Below are positions 29,401-41,600 of a DNA stretch of 64,000 bases, piece after piece; the first letter of the stretch is position 1; each line of letters opens with the position of its first letter. Both the position numbers and the translations under genes were made by a program. The DNA is taken from positions 949 to 64,948 of the IMG/VR virus record IMGVR_UViG_3300047550_006373, one strand, 5' to 3'. Origin of the DNA: a virus. Taxonomy: Duplodnaviria; Caudoviricetes. The notes beneath the pieces are model-generated. The model worked only from the letters and a program-made list of their open reading frames with translations. It was not told where the DNA came from and searched no databases.

Positions 29401-29927
29401 GAATTAGAAGCTTTGAAGAAGTCAATAATCTTGATGAAAATCCCTGGTCGTTACCTGCTCCAACATATCTTAGTGTAGAGAGATTTTTACAAGAGGAGCC
29501 CGAAGACGACTTGAGACTGTCAATAGAATTTTCGATGGTTGACTCACTCGACAAAGACATTGTTTCAATGTTCTCCTCTTTTGACGTCTTAAATAATGCA
29601 CTGGGATCTCCTGAGCTGATGTTCTCGCCTGATTATCCGGACCTCGATCGACTCAGGGACGTCTATTTCAATAGATTGTCATCGAAGCCAGACTTCAGGA
29701 AATTTCTTGAATTCTACAGATGGTTCGACGTGTCAATCTCGTCATTTGTAGAGCAACTAATACCTAGCAAAACTCTTTACAAAGGTACGAACTATGTTGT
29801 TGAGTCTCACATGCTTGAGCGTCACAAAAACATTTATAGACACAGCGAAAATTATATGGGAGACAGACAAGTAATCGAAGATAGTTTACTTGTACAGCAA
29901 ATTGTCGGAAAGTTGAAGAAGTACTGA
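26433..29927 (+). CDS. large baseplate protein with LamG/concanavalin-like domain and gp7/tail protein I-like segment
   Basis: YNHICL, LSGSLDEFRVFH and LKLYYRFNE (LamG-like); IIRSKGTQHSIRSFLRSIG (KGT motif). AGGAG ribosome-binding site upstream. Confidence 0.65.
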   Translation: MTTRSNSPFVPSFLKSSTKESKPIQLSYSDFNLSDSNSDSQDSFKYDPLDYPLKSTQQLNLDWSKFENHTFFSSAEVKVNEAFNKIINSYPFDGTKKEVEQFLDSLTGYEKWIFDSFPCWSGALHFSGTQVGEVPSLTSGNWISVKDKSGTLFPELSKNNTGETVLNPDEEASLSVEFLLSLPTITNDTQVIFQKSSSTDNGFTFYLQPSAATNVANAVFCVTSGSVRNSVSAPLEKGRYNHICLILNKQDAREHTLQFFVNERLVSQSSELLRIKKLNIDDSNFLIGSGSSFYSTNSLITPTQTLSGSLDEFRVFHSVRDEKLQKLYSSRGLYSSPDLKLYYRFNEPSGSLSLSENSSINSIVLDSSGNSLHSNINNYNQGLRLDVSSDENNLLVNEKKEFQKILFPAHSEILNFNANLLVSASNFDRSNPNNIIKLIPQHYLLEGASQDGFSSVEGNGGDPYGGDGIPGQGKKGSVQIILSFLYIWAKFFDELKAYVDAFATLKTVSYDEKESVPDNFLEDIVRHYGFYLPKFFNNTSVEQFSEGESIDGFTSYETPLKKIQSILLRRVLINMPDIIRSKGTQHSIRSFLRSIGIDPDNSLKIREYGGPSIKQISASREKRIESSAMVDFLTSSLVMTSPLSASRIEPGFPEPVGNFYLDAGGTSAGTNYRWDGLLTSGSWNVEGIFKIPPQNLVSAGDQVQSLFRMIVTGSNSTSQVGLITNVVATQKSDYPKQSSKLQVFIRPGMSTSSPVLTLSLDMRGKGIFDGDVWNVALGCERNDQIGSNISSSYYLRVGKCDAGQLSETYVTSSYFYEQVSGEGNAFRTGSLENNSLGPIISIGKNQIIPSGIGYLFLNDTINVDDEARFTQFSGRAANLRFWSKSMSIEEWKEHVRNPKSVGVSDPLVNYNFTKNLSGSFQKLRMDTLQKQPEKNSNNTGNIQFLDFSKNNLTASGSGFGAGGKVLVGEILNYSYLSPYFDEAATEDKIRIRSFEEVNNLDENPWSLPAPTYLSVERFLQEEPEDDLRLSIEFSMVDSLDKDIVSMFSSFDVLNNALGSPELMFSPDYPDLDRLRDVYFNRLSSKPDFRKFLEFYRWFDVSISSFVEQLIPSKTLYKGTNYVVESHMLERHKNIYRHSENYMGDRQVIEDSLLVQQIVGKLKKY

Positions 29928-29930
29928 GCC

Positions 29931-31259
29931 ATGAGTCAAGAGGCAAGAAAAATAGTCTTTATCAATATCGACAGTGATTCAAATTATTTTGACACAAAAG
30001 AGCAGGTCAAAATAAGGCAAACGAATTACTTCGTAGAAACGACATCGGCGTCGAGAATCTCTGGCTCTAATTCTGTCGCTGGTTTGATGTCAAGAAAAAG
30101 AATTGTAAAGGACGACATCGTAAACAATTCAGATTCATACTTGACGAGCTCAACTTCCATAGATTCAAGCGGAAATCAAAGAAAGATACTGTCTTCTACT
30201 AACGACTACCTCATTTCATCGAGTATTGATGCATATAGGAACGGAGTAGAGATAACTCAAGAAAAACACTGGACTGCTGGAACGGCAAAGATAACAGCAG
30301 GAACTCCCGGACACATCTATGAGTCTCTTAGATACGGATACACAGACCTCGACATACAATCACCAGATTCTTACTACGAGGTCAATGTATTCAACCCAGT
30401 TTCTTTCGTAGAATCAGGAGAAAATTTTACCTATCCAATAATAACTTCTAACAGCAATGAGTCAGAGAACTATGTTCTGAATGGAATAATTGAACCGTTT
30501 CCTATTAGATCAGTAATATCTCAATTCTCAATTAACTTTCCTTTTGAGCCTCACTCAACAAAAGCCGAATTTGGCTGCGGTAACACAGATTCTCATTTTT
30601 CTTCTGATCAAGTTCTTTCAGTGGACTATTCTCTTCCCACAAGACAAAACAAAACGCCTTTTCTCGATGCAGTCGATTTGATGGGAATTTCAACCGGAGA
30701 CGGATCAGGCGTTGTAATTGGACCATCTATAGGCTACATCTCCAACGACAAGAACGTCGTTCCTTTCTTTGAGGACATAGTCTATTCGAGGGGAGAAAAA
30801 TATAGCTCAACGTATTCTTCTGACTTTGTCGATGCATTAAATCAGCTTCCTGTCGGAGGAACAACTTACATTACATCAAAAGAAAAATCTGCGACTTGTG
30901 GTACTGATTACGATCAGACAATTAGAGGCACAGAATCAATAGCTTTTGGAAATTATTTGAGAAGCAATTTTAGAAAACAAAATAAGTCCATCATAACAAT
31001 AAGAGACGAATCTTCTTTTATTTCGTCAGATTCTCAATTCAACGATTTAAAGACAGTAACCTGTAATCAGCAATCAATTGAGTATCCTTCGATGATACCT
31101 TCTGCCTTATTGACTTCTTCAATTCAAGTCCTTTCAAAGTCGTCAGCTGAAATATGCACAATTAATGGAATTCGAGTAGAAAGAACAATCAAGCCAGGAA
31201 TGTTTGATTCTTCTCTAAAAGATAGTATTATTCTAACTGAAAGATTGATGAATTCATGA
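29931..31259 (+). CDS. putative virion structural protein
   Basis: 442-aa Ser/Thr-rich ORF within the baseplate operon; no family recognised. Confidence 0.5.
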   Translation: MSQEARKIVFINIDSDSNYFDTKEQVKIRQTNYFVETTSASRISGSNSVAGLMSRKRIVKDDIVNNSDSYLTSSTSIDSSGNQRKILSSTNDYLISSSIDAYRNGVEITQEKHWTAGTAKITAGTPGHIYESLRYGYTDLDIQSPDSYYEVNVFNPVSFVESGENFTYPIITSNSNESENYVLNGIIEPFPIRSVISQFSINFPFEPHSTKAEFGCGNTDSHFSSDQVLSVDYSLPTRQNKTPFLDAVDLMGISTGDGSGVVIGPSIGYISNDKNVVPFFEDIVYSRGEKYSSTYSSDFVDALNQLPVGGTTYITSKEKSATCGTDYDQTIRGTESIAFGNYLRSNFRKQNKSIITIRDESSFISSDSQFNDLKTVTCNQQSIEYPSMIPSALLTSSIQVLSKSSAEICTINGIRVERTIKPGMFDSSLKDSIILTERLMNS

Positions 31260-33097
31260 AGCCTTTTTCTGAGGATGCAAGATTTGAACAAGGAAAAAAT
31301 AATGATCCTTTCTATTCGACAGGCTCTGTTGGATCAATAGGAGAAAATCCCGGTAGTTTCTCAAGGTCTCTCTTCGGTAAGGAGCAAATTAAAGTATCAT
31401 TTGGAGTGAAGATAAAAACTTCGATGCTTCCCAACAGCTGTAGCATTTATTATTTTAACAAAGTGTCTGGTGAGTGGAGAATTCCCTCAAGAGCCTTGGG
31501 TGACCATGTTGGCCCCTTCGACAAATTTGCTATAGGCACTGTTTGGAGTCCTGCATCTGGTTCTACAGGTGCAGGTTTCACAAGAGGCTCCACGATAATA
31601 GAAGACGCAAAATGTTTCGACGCATATGGCAGACTGGTTTCGTCTGGTAGTTTGGATATCAACAGACAAGTCACCGAGAGCGATAACCGAGGTCTTGGCA
31701 ACAGCAATGGTTCTTCTAAATACATTGGCTCGTCGGTGTCAGGAAACAGATTTGTCGATTATCAGTTTCGACGTGGTGCAAGTGTCATTGAAGCACTGCT
31801 TGAAGATTTTCCAAAGTCGGTACAGCGATCACAGTTGTATGATGCTACAGACAATGAAACCTTTGAACTTAACATAGACAGACCATTTTTGATGGAAAAA
31901 GCAGTATTTGAAATACCATTCTGCCTAGGTCAAACATGGTTTCAAGACAGGACTGTAACAACGTTCGCCGCGGCGACAGGAACATATACCCCTACGAATA
32001 CACCGATCAATCTTTATACCCATGCTGACTCAGGTGGTCCTGCTTTGACCGTGTCTCTCTTTTGTCAAAAAAAGTATGGACAGGAGAATATAAGAGATTT
32101 AATTGCAAAAGGAACCATAACTCACTTTGACGACTCAAAATTGACAGCAATTGCAAGACGTTTGCCGTTGGGACTCGCTGAAAGAGGTGCTTATGGAGTT
32201 GCAGTCGAGCCGTATGGAATAAGGAATCCAAACGCCGTCGTTTATCAGCCTGCTCCAAACTCTCCATTTACTGGTTCTGTTGCAGTAAAAACGACTGCAA
32301 GCATATCGAACGGTGTGAACGCAGCATCATTTGGCATATGGTTCATGACTTCAAGTTTACCAAATGCTGCAGTCGATGCCTATAAACAGCCTGGATATGA
32401 AGTTTATTACTTGCGTGAAGTTTTATCAAAATATGCTGAGCTTATAAAATTTCCTGAAGACTATGGAAAAACTAAGCTTACTTTGTCTTCTTTTGCTCAA
32501 CTAGGGGCTTCTTTGGCTTCTTCTTTGGACACGTTCGGAAGAGGTATGACAGGATTTTCTCCAAGTGGAGGTTCGATATTTGGAGGAGAATACGCAACTA
32601 GTCAAGCGTTCAGTAAAACAGGGGATCCAATCATATCAAATCCCTATTACTCAGACAACTCCACAGCGACAGAAAGAGCTGCAGCTTTCAATAAACTGGA
32701 TATATTTTTCAATCAACTCGACATTGATATGCAAAGTTATGTGCCAAATTACAATGGAGTTCCGGCAAATACTCCATATCCTGGTGTATTCACACCCCAG
32801 GCATGGATTTACAACGTTTATCCAGCAGAAGTCTTCACAACTTCTAAAGATTCACCGTACTTATTAAACCCAGGTGATAAGCTGGTTTTGGCCATTTCCA
32901 AGACAAGACCTGCAATTTCTGCTAGCGGCCATGACATCAAGAGTGCGGCGGATGTGAATATAGGTAAAAGTGTTTTAACTAAATTAATTCCTGTCACTGG
33001 ATCAGTTTCTGGTCATGATGTGACTTTAAATACAGGCAGCATCAACATGACGTTCTACGGTTCCTACGTAAGAGCGGGTGATAGTTACACACCATGA
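31256..33097 (+). CDS. putative virion structural protein
   Basis: 613 aa, ATGA-coupled, beta-rich (SPYLLNPGDKLVL); no family recognised. Confidence 0.5.
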   Translation: MKPFSEDARFEQGKNNDPFYSTGSVGSIGENPGSFSRSLFGKEQIKVSFGVKIKTSMLPNSCSIYYFNKVSGEWRIPSRALGDHVGPFDKFAIGTVWSPASGSTGAGFTRGSTIIEDAKCFDAYGRLVSSGSLDINRQVTESDNRGLGNSNGSSKYIGSSVSGNRFVDYQFRRGASVIEALLEDFPKSVQRSQLYDATDNETFELNIDRPFLMEKAVFEIPFCLGQTWFQDRTVTTFAAATGTYTPTNTPINLYTHADSGGPALTVSLFCQKKYGQENIRDLIAKGTITHFDDSKLTAIARRLPLGLAERGAYGVAVEPYGIRNPNAVVYQPAPNSPFTGSVAVKTTASISNGVNAASFGIWFMTSSLPNAAVDAYKQPGYEVYYLREVLSKYAELIKFPEDYGKTKLTLSSFAQLGASLASSLDTFGRGMTGFSPSGGSIFGGEYATSQAFSKTGDPIISNPYYSDNSTATERAAAFNKLDIFFNQLDIDMQSYVPNYNGVPANTPYPGVFTPQAWIYNVYPAEVFTTSKDSPYLLNPGDKLVLAISKTRPAISASGHDIKSAADVNIGKSVLTKLIPVTGSVSGHDVTLNTGSINMTFYGSYVRAGDSYTP

Positions 33098-35667
33098 GCA
33101 ACGAACAATTCTTCACTGACGTAGTCAAGGATGTCATTGGCAATGACCCAGTCGTCGATCAGTTTGACACGTATTATGAAGCGTCCTTCTACGGGACGAT
33201 GCAAGATGACTTCGTGACGGGCTCGATAATATCTGAGATCATATCAGACTACACTAAGTCCAAATCAGGTGGAAAAGACAGAATTTTCGTAACGGGATCT
33301 CGAGGAAAACTTTTTAGTAAATACTATGCAGAATCCTTCCCGGCGCTCAATTCGACATACGGCTCAGATGCAGTTAGACTTGTTCCTAGCCTTGCCTATA
33401 GACTTGTTCCGTGGCACGAAAAAACATCAACGACAGCGTATAGAATAAATCAACATTTTGACCCTAATGAAAGATACTACGACTCTTGCTTGCCAAACAT
33501 ATCGGAGTGCCTAGGCTTAGAAGGATCAAGAGTTTGGACGAGCCAGAATTCTGAGCACAGCGTTCTTTCACCTTACGGATCTGTCGTAACAGGTAGCGCA
33601 GGTTATCTCATTTTTAATTCTATTCCGCAAGATAGAACGCAGGACGGCTATGATACTGATCCGACGCTTAACAACGATTGGACTTGGTCTTTTCCTTTCG
33701 AAGCAAAGTATAAACCGGGCAATAGATTCGTGGGATTTGATAAGTCTTTAGGCTTGAAAGCCAATCTTTCTGCAAGACTTCCGCTATATGACAAGAGAGA
33801 AAGAGAATTCAAAAGTTTCGACTCAAGCACCAATGACTCGGATACGACCCCTGTCGAGCTCGTTGAGCTTAATAAAGTTTTGAAGGTTGAGAATTTCTTT
33901 CCTCTTCTCCCGGGATATAACGAAAATGTGAGAAATTCACTTCGAACAAAGTCTAACATTGAAGGAGCTCTGGGTACGGGCAAGATAAGACCGGGATGGT
34001 ACGGACCAGAAACAGGAGAAGAGTGGTCTTATAAGCGAGTTGCTGACAAGTCTTACGGCTATTCTCTTCTAGTTCCAGGCGATGTCAATCTCTCAAAATT
34101 TTCTGACAGAGAGTTTCTTTCAACTTATGTGAATGCAGAAGCGGGATCGATGCTGTTGACTCAATCGATGGGAACTGATGATAACATAAAATTTCTATTC
34201 GGATTTGGAGATGTCAACAACGTAACGTACGGAAAGAGATCTTTTGATTCAACGAAATATATTTCGTCATACAAACTCGATCTTGAAGACATAGCTGACG
34301 GAACAAAACCTCACCAATTTTCAGCTTATGACTCAGACGGTCTCAAAGTTAATTGGTCTTTTAATCCTTACAATCTTTCAGATTCAAATTATCACAATGT
34401 GTGGTGTGTTGCAAGCAAGCAAGCAACCGCAGGCGGATACAACATAGTGAGCGGATCATCTATTACTTCAAGTATAGGATGGATTCCGTCCACCGGTGGC
34501 AATAAGGTGATTGTTTCAAATACGTCTGTCGATTATAACGGAACGATGGATAATTCAGGAGATGCACTGTCTATAATCATAGTCGATATTACATCTTCTT
34601 ACCCGTGGAACTTTAGCTACGATAGAGCGATAGCAGGCCAGAAAGATTACGGAAGTTTTGCTACTTATTTTGCAGCATACCCGGGACAGACTTCTCATGT
34701 TCTCGCGGCGAACGGCGGCAAGCCAGGTCTAGGACAGTTGTCAATACCTAACAACTACATCGATTATTTAGAACCAAACATTATTGATGCACCTTTTGAC
34801 ACATTCGTCACCATGTCTCTGTATGATTTTAAAGAAAAATATTATCAGTCACAAGGCGACGGTGCATACCCAGCTTCACCGCTTGGCGATTACATATTAG
34901 ACGCAGGCGAATATAGGCTTGTCTTTCAATATAACTTTACCGACGCTCCAATCACCGAACCTCAATCTGCTGCACTTGACAACTTTGAGATCTTTACGTA
35001 CAGAGAAGAGTCATTTCCTGTCATCAGTAACAGCAGAATAGGTGGAAATAATTACCCTAAATTCAAAGGGTATAGAACAGACGACAGATTAAATCCAATT
35101 CTTTCTGGAACGTCTGCCTTTAATAGCGAATACTTGATATCTGGTTCCGCTGCAACTTCAAAGTCTGTGGTGTTTGGTGTCTCTCCTGAAATCAGGGGTT
35201 GGAAATATGGCCTCTACAGTGGTCTCCCATCAAACTCAAAAGCGATATTTAGAAGAGATAAATACGGACAGTTCAGGGACATGCTCGAGCAAAGGCCCTA
35301 CACAAAGTTTGTGAACGTAAATTCATCTGTTGTTGACGACGACGCGATGACTAACAACAACTTCGACAATCAGACAGAATCAAAATTGACCATCTTGAAG
35401 CAGATCACGAGCACAGGACCCGCCGTGGCAGAAGTCAATTTCGTACGTCAGCGCTACAAGAAAGACGAAAGAGGAATTGGATACATTTACAACGAAAAGG
35501 TCGATCCTCGTCTGACAATATCACAAAATATGAGCCCAGAAGTCACTTCTTCTCTTCCGTATTTTGATGGCGACGCAAAACTTAGACAAGAAGAAGATCT
35601 GTTATTAATTACTGATGCAACACTCACGTCGTTGCAATTCGGACCAGGCGGACTGACGGTAACTTAA
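33094..35667 (+). CDS. putative virion structural protein
   Basis: 857 aa, ATGA-coupled, C-terminal [16 protein letters not shown]; lies directly before the fibre genes. Confidence 0.5.
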   Translation: MSNEQFFTDVVKDVIGNDPVVDQFDTYYEASFYGTMQDDFVTGSIISEIISDYTKSKSGGKDRIFVTGSRGKLFSKYYAESFPALNSTYGSDAVRLVPSLAYRLVPWHEKTSTTAYRINQHFDPNERYYDSCLPNISECLGLEGSRVWTSQNSEHSVLSPYGSVVTGSAGYLIFNSIPQDRTQDGYDTDPTLNNDWTWSFPFEAKYKPGNRFVGFDKSLGLKANLSARLPLYDKREREFKSFDSSTNDSDTTPVELVELNKVLKVENFFPLLPGYNENVRNSLRTKSNIEGALGTGKIRPGWYGPETGEEWSYKRVADKSYGYSLLVPGDVNLSKFSDREFLSTYVNAEAGSMLLTQSMGTDDNIKFLFGFGDVNNVTYGKRSFDSTKYISSYKLDLEDIADGTKPHQFSAYDSDGLKVNWSFNPYNLSDSNYHNVWCVASKQATAGGYNIVSGSSITSSIGWIPSTGGNKVIVSNTSVDYNGTMDNSGDALSIIIVDITSSYPWNFSYDRAIAGQKDYGSFATYFAAYPGQTSHVLAANGGKPGLGQLSIPNNYIDYLEPNIIDAPFDTFVTMSLYDFKEKYYQSQGDGAYPASPLGDYILDAGEYRLVFQYNFTDAPITEPQSAALDNFEIFTYREESFPVISNSRIGGNNYPKFKGYRTDDRLNPILSGTSAFNSEYLISGSAATSKSVVFGVSPEIRGWKYGLYSGLPSNSKAIFRRDKYGQFRDMLEQRPYTKFVNVNSSVVDDDAMTNNNFDNQTESKLTILKQITSTGPAVAEVNFVRQRYKKDERGIGYIYNEKVDPRLTISQNMSPEVTSSLPYFDGDAKLRQEEDLLLITDATLTSLQFGPGGLTVT

Positions 35668-35668
35668 T

Positions 35669-38600
35669 ATGGCAATAAACAAAAAACCTAACGATGTGAT
35701 CGTTTTTGTTTCAGAAAACGGCAGTATCAAAAGGACTGTTCTAACTACGGATGTTCAGGTCGGTACGGCCGGATCTACGTCTGACCTTCAGATTACAGGT
35801 GATTTATTTCTTAGCACAAAATCTGTCAGCTTAAATCCCGGAGGATCCTACAATATTGGTAAAGCTTCTACGTTGCTTGATGTTACAATCAAGAGTGGTA
35901 GCGGAAATGTGACAATCTACCTACCGGCTCAGTCGAGAGACGGTGTACTCTACTACATAAAAGATTCTTCAGGTAAAGCATCTACAAATAACATTATCAT
36001 AAAAGCTGCTGGCTCTGATCTAATAGATGGCACAAATTCAAAGACGTTAGCAAGCAATTATGACTGTGCAGCTCTCGCAAGAGTCGGAGGAAAATGGATA
36101 ACTCTTAGCGAGCAAACAGGCGGCGGCGGCGGAGCAACTGGTCCTACTGGTCCTACTGGTCCTACGGGCGCAACAGGAGCAACAGGCTCCTCCGGAAGTC
36201 CAGGCGCTGCAGGGCCAACCGGTGCAACTGGTCCTACTGGTCCTACGGGCGCAACAGGAGCTACTGGTGCCACTGGAGCCACAGGTGCTACAGGAAGTAC
36301 TGGTCCCGTAGGCGGATCAGACACGCAGGTTGTTTTTAACGACGGAGGTGTGGCTGCAGGATCTTCTGGGCTTACCTATAACAAGTCAACTCAGTCACTC
36401 ACGGGAACCTACGTTGTTGCATCTACAGGATTTTCAGGATCTCTAACGCGTCTCACAGATGGAACTTCATACCTTGTTGCCGGCAACGGCATCGGAATAG
36501 TCTCCGGAGCAAACGGCTCAGTTACAATATCGAACACCGCACCCCGATTTTATCAGTGGAGTGAACTTTCACCATCTCCTTCACTAAACACGACAGCGTC
36601 CATCTCAATAGCAGGTGCGCTAGGTTCTTCTTACAGTGTTACGAATGTCGGATCTGATGTTTTCTTCTTTGTAAGTGGCTCTATAACAGGATCTGGTTCC
36701 AATGCAAAGAAATCTGTCTTCGGAGGAGATGTTTCTGTCAGTGGCTCTCTTGAGATGTTTGGAGATGTACTAGAGGTCAGTGGTACGATCGTCGCGACAG
36801 AAGGAATTAGCGGTTCTCTCACAAGACTTTCAGATGGAACTTCCTATCTCATAGCCGGAAATAATATTGGAATATCTTCAGCATCTAACGGTTCTGTCAC
36901 AATAAGCACGACTGCAACGGCAAATCAAGACTTCTTCTTCAGCACAACGCCTGGGTCTATTTACACTACGGGCTCTGCTGCATTTATAGGAAATCAAGTC
37001 GGAGTAGATTCTCCTTATGATATAGGCGCCCACGTAAACTTCTACGTTTCAGGAACGAGAACTTCCACGGGCGCTGATGATCCATCAATAGTTTTCAGAG
37101 GGGACACATTTATATCAGGCGCATTCGGTGTGTCTGACTACATTCAGATGAAACCCGTTGGATCACTTAGAATACCAACAAACACCACTGCGTCCTACAT
37201 CTATACGTCAGGCTCCACCAACGACATATACTTCACACAATACCAGCCTGGAACGGGATACACAAACACGACTCGTCTCAGGTGGATCGAAGGAGGATTA
37301 TCAACGGGTCTCCTCAACGGAGGTGTCCTATCGACAACTGTTGGGTCTACGAACTTCAATATCACTGCCGGCTCCGGCATTATTCTAACTTACAATGCCT
37401 CTACTGTTTCTGATCCCTATCCGACTATCAGATACATCACGTGGCCGGCTAGCTCTTCAATATCCCTTACATACAGCGGATCTGCACAGATCACGTACGT
37501 TGGAATCAATTCTTCTGGGGGTGTTATTCAGCAGACTACGCCTTTCTCCGGCAACGATTTTGCTGACAGAATAGCCATCGGAAGAGTACTACATCAGACA
37601 GGTAGCGTTACGAATGGAACGATTACTGCTCCTGCTGTTGCCTATGCAAATAGTTTTACAAATGAACAATTCAATAGAGCGTTTGGACCTCTCAAAGTGT
37701 CAGGCCACGTGTTGTCCAACAGCGGCTCTAACTTATCAATTGCAAAGACGGCAGGAGTTTCTTACGTCATAGGAAGAAATTACACTTCCAATCCCGACTC
37801 TCCCAACTTAGTACTTCCGACAACGGACCCAGCGCCCACGACGTGCAAGATATTCAGAGAATATCTGAGTGGTTCAACTTCAGTTATAGACACAGGCGTA
37901 GGAACTGCCGGATATGCTGTAATAGATCCAACAAAATACAACAACAACGGAACTCTGGCTGCAGTTGCTGCAGGTCAATTTACGATTCAACGCGTCTTTT
38001 GGTACCCAAATTCTGTAAACAAGGCGCTTTACGTCTATTACGGAAATAGCACGTATGCAACTCTTGACCTTGCAGAAGCAGGACTCGCGACAGAGATATT
38101 CACAGAAGGAGACAACACTTTAGAAGCAGCTGTGTATGTCGGTGCAGTCCTTGTAAAAGGAAATGCAACTGATTTATCAAATACATCACAAGCTCGATTC
38201 GTTCAAGGCGGTCTTTTTAGAGGTTCCGGAATAGGAGGCGGCGGCGCAGGAATTGGAGCAACTGTTCCTGGTGGTCTCGACACATACGTCCAGTTCAACG
38301 ACGGCGGCTCAACATTTGGCGGCGACCCAGGTCTAACGTTTGACAAGATCAATCACATACTACGTGTTGGAGACGGAATCACTTCCGCTAAGATCATCAC
38401 TGCAGGCTCAAACTTTGATCTCATCAATACCTCAGCAACGACAGTAAACTTTGCAGGTGCGGCGACTGCCATTAACATGGGTACGTCTACCGGAACAAAC
38501 GTCATCTCCGGAACGATAAAAGCACCACAAGGATTTAGCGGCTCTCTCACGAGACTCACAGATGGCTCTCAGTACATTATAGCGGGAGACAACGTTACAA

Positions 38601-41600
38601 TTGTCACAGGTTCAAATGGGTCCATAGCGATAAGTTCGAGCTCGCCCCCAGGAACAGTTTCTGGTACTGGAACAATAAATTACATACCAGTTTGGACGGG
38701 TGCAAATACAATTTCAGACTCAAGCGTCATCTATAACGCAGGCAACAGCGTCGGAATCGGAACGACAGAGACGAATGGCAACACTCTTTCAGTCAATGGA
38801 CTTACAGCAATCACAGGTTCAATCTTTCCGGGAATAAGTCTGACACACGACCTAGGATCTTTAGCAAAATCTTGGAGAGATCTGTATGCTCGCACAGGTT
38901 CGTTTTCAGGAGACTTAACTGTTTCAGGTGATCTAAGGGTGCTTGGAACGTCCTCAATTATTAACTCTGAGATAGTAAACATCAAGGATAATGCCATCCT
39001 CCTCAATGCAGGTCCTTCTCCGTTGTCTTTCGGCGGTGTATACGTTGCAGATACTACCGCAGGTACAACTGGATCGATCATATGGGATGCAGTCACAGAC
39101 AGATGGAAGGCAGGTTACGTCGGAAACGAGATCAACCTTGTCACCACGGGATCGACAGACAATCTCTACAATAAGACAATTACGATATCAGGCGCCTCTT
39201 TTAACACAATTTCTGGTGGGACGCAAGGTGGTGTCGGATACTTCAATACATCGGGCTATCTCTCTTCTTCTGCTGTAGGTACTTTGGGTCAAATACTTCA
39301 ATCCGCGGGTACTTCTTCACCTACATGGATCGACTTTGGGTTACTCGTTAGCGGTAGCAGTGTCATCACGGGCAGCGGCACCGCAAACTACCACGCAAAG
39401 TTCACGAGTGGAAATGCCATAGCAAATAGTCTTGTATACGATGATGGCACCTCCGTCGGTGTGAACAACACGTCACCTTCGGCCACTCTTCACGTGGGCA
39501 ACAACGATTCAGCAACTCTTTTGCTGAATGGAGCTTCAAAGCTTTTATTCAGAGATTCCGGAACTTACATACAGGAATTAAGCGGCCTGCAGCTGGAATC
39601 TGGTGTCGGAAGAGCCATAGCACTCAGAACATCAAACTCAGAGAGAGTGAGGATCGATACAAGCGGAAATGTTGGAATCGGTACGAATACTTACGGTTCG
39701 AGGCTCTACGTTTCAGGATCTTCATCCTCGACGTCGCCTGTGGTAACGATCAGAGAAGGTGTAGCTGCGTCCACGACGGCAGTGGGCGTACTTGATGCAC
39801 AGAGTTATACAGGAACTTCTCTTCTCTTTGTCAGCGGTAGTGGGTTCGTTGGTATCGGTACAAACACTCAAAACGGAACTTCTGCCGGAAGTATTCTGCA
39901 CGTCTCAAGTAGTCTAACAGGCAACGCAAATTCTCAACTGATCATAGGTGCACAGTTCTTCGGAACTTCTATAAACCTATACAGAGGATTCACACAGGTA
40001 TTCCAGCTCGCAGATGGCACAGAGTCCATGAGAATAGCTTTCAACGGTAACGTTGGAATTGGAACGGCTTCTGGCATCAATAGCAAGCTGGTAGTAAATG
40101 GTTCTTTGTCTGTGACAGGGTCGATACTCCCAGGATCCGACAACTCCTATACGCTAGGATCTTCTTCTGCAAGATGGTCCAATATGGTGGCTACTTCTAT
40201 CAGCGGATCTCTCACGAGACTCAGTGACGGAACATCATATATTGTAGCAGGTAACAACGTAACAGTTGCGACAGGATCAAACGGGTCAGTAACAGTTTCT
40301 GCTCCGAATCTCGCTTCTTCTACGGCGGCTTTTGTTACAATAGGCAACGATTCTACGCTCACAAATGAGAGGGCGCTCGCCGCAGGAACGGGATTAAATC
40401 TTGTTGACGGCGGATCTAACAGTAGCGTTACACTGGGAATAAATGATTCCGTTGTAGCAACAATAAGCGGCTCCACATTTGCAGGTGCTGTCAAGTTCAA
40501 TCAGGGTCTCAGCGGATCTTTAACTAAGTTAATTGATGGAACATCGTACTTAATTGCAGGATCTAACGTGACAGTTGTCACAGGCTCAAACGGCGCTGTG
40601 ACACTCTCTGCACCAAATCTTGCTCCGTCCACCTCGGCATTCGTCACAGTAGGAAACGATTCAAATCTTTCGAATGAGAGAGCTCTTACGTCCGGAACAG
40701 GCTTGATCCTCACGGACGGTGGTGCAAATAACAATGTGACTCTTGGAATAAGCGATTCTGTCGTTGCCACGATTAGTGGATCGACCTTCACGGGAGCAGT
40801 TAAGTTTAACGCTGGACTGAGCGGATCTCTCACCCAGCTCACGAATGGTACTTCGTACCTAGTTGCAGGCTCCAACGTCGCAATTACGACTGGATCGAAC
40901 GGTCAGGTTACTATAGCGTCTTCGTCGCCTTCGGGAACAGTTACGGGAACGGGTACCACCAACTTCCTTACAAAGTGGACAGGAACTTCGACAATAGGGG
41001 ATAGCGTTCTGTCGTCTGTTGGAAGCGAAGTGGGAGTCACAGGTTCTATACTGCCTGGAGTTGACAACACATATAATCTTGGGTCGTCTGCGAAGAGATG
41101 GAACAGCATCTATGCCTTCAACATCAGCGGTTCATTAACTGGCAGTAACGTCGTTTCAGGACAGGTTGTGGTGGCAGGAAATGGCGGCGTACTCAGCGGT
41201 TCCAACAACTTCTGGTGGGACAACTCAAATAGCAGAGTGGGAATAGGAACAAGTAGCCCTACTGCAAATCTAACAGTTTTTGGATCTTCGGCAAACACTA
41301 ACGTCAGAATTGGTGAAGTATTTACAAACTATGTTGGAATCAACCTAAATGGCAGTACTTCTGTCAACGACTACAACATCTTGTCGAGAGCATCTGACCA
41401 AACTCTCTACATAAACAGACCTTCGGGAAATGCAATAAGGTTCAGAGAGTCCAATTCTGATCAAATTGTAATAGCTTCTGGTGGAAGTGTTGGAATTGGA
41501 ACTGCAACAGCAACATCTGACAGACTTACGATCTATGCCCAAGGAAATCAAGCCAACCCAACTTCTGTTGACATAGCATCTTCGGACGGAACTACTTACG

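Noticed and set aside
21030-29927. Bacterial eCIS, T6SS or tailocin locus
   Set aside because: T4-type gp6 wedge, gp55-like sigma, tRNAs, tilS and multi-kb fibres fit a large phage better; no T6SS membrane complex or eCIS ATPase seen.
36058-36324. Minus-strand [11 protein letters not shown] and the many other short antisense or alternate-frame ORFs inside long genes
   Set aside because: They are shadows of the sense-strand codon pattern (here the collagen repeat), lie wholly within well-supported genes and show no independent motifs.
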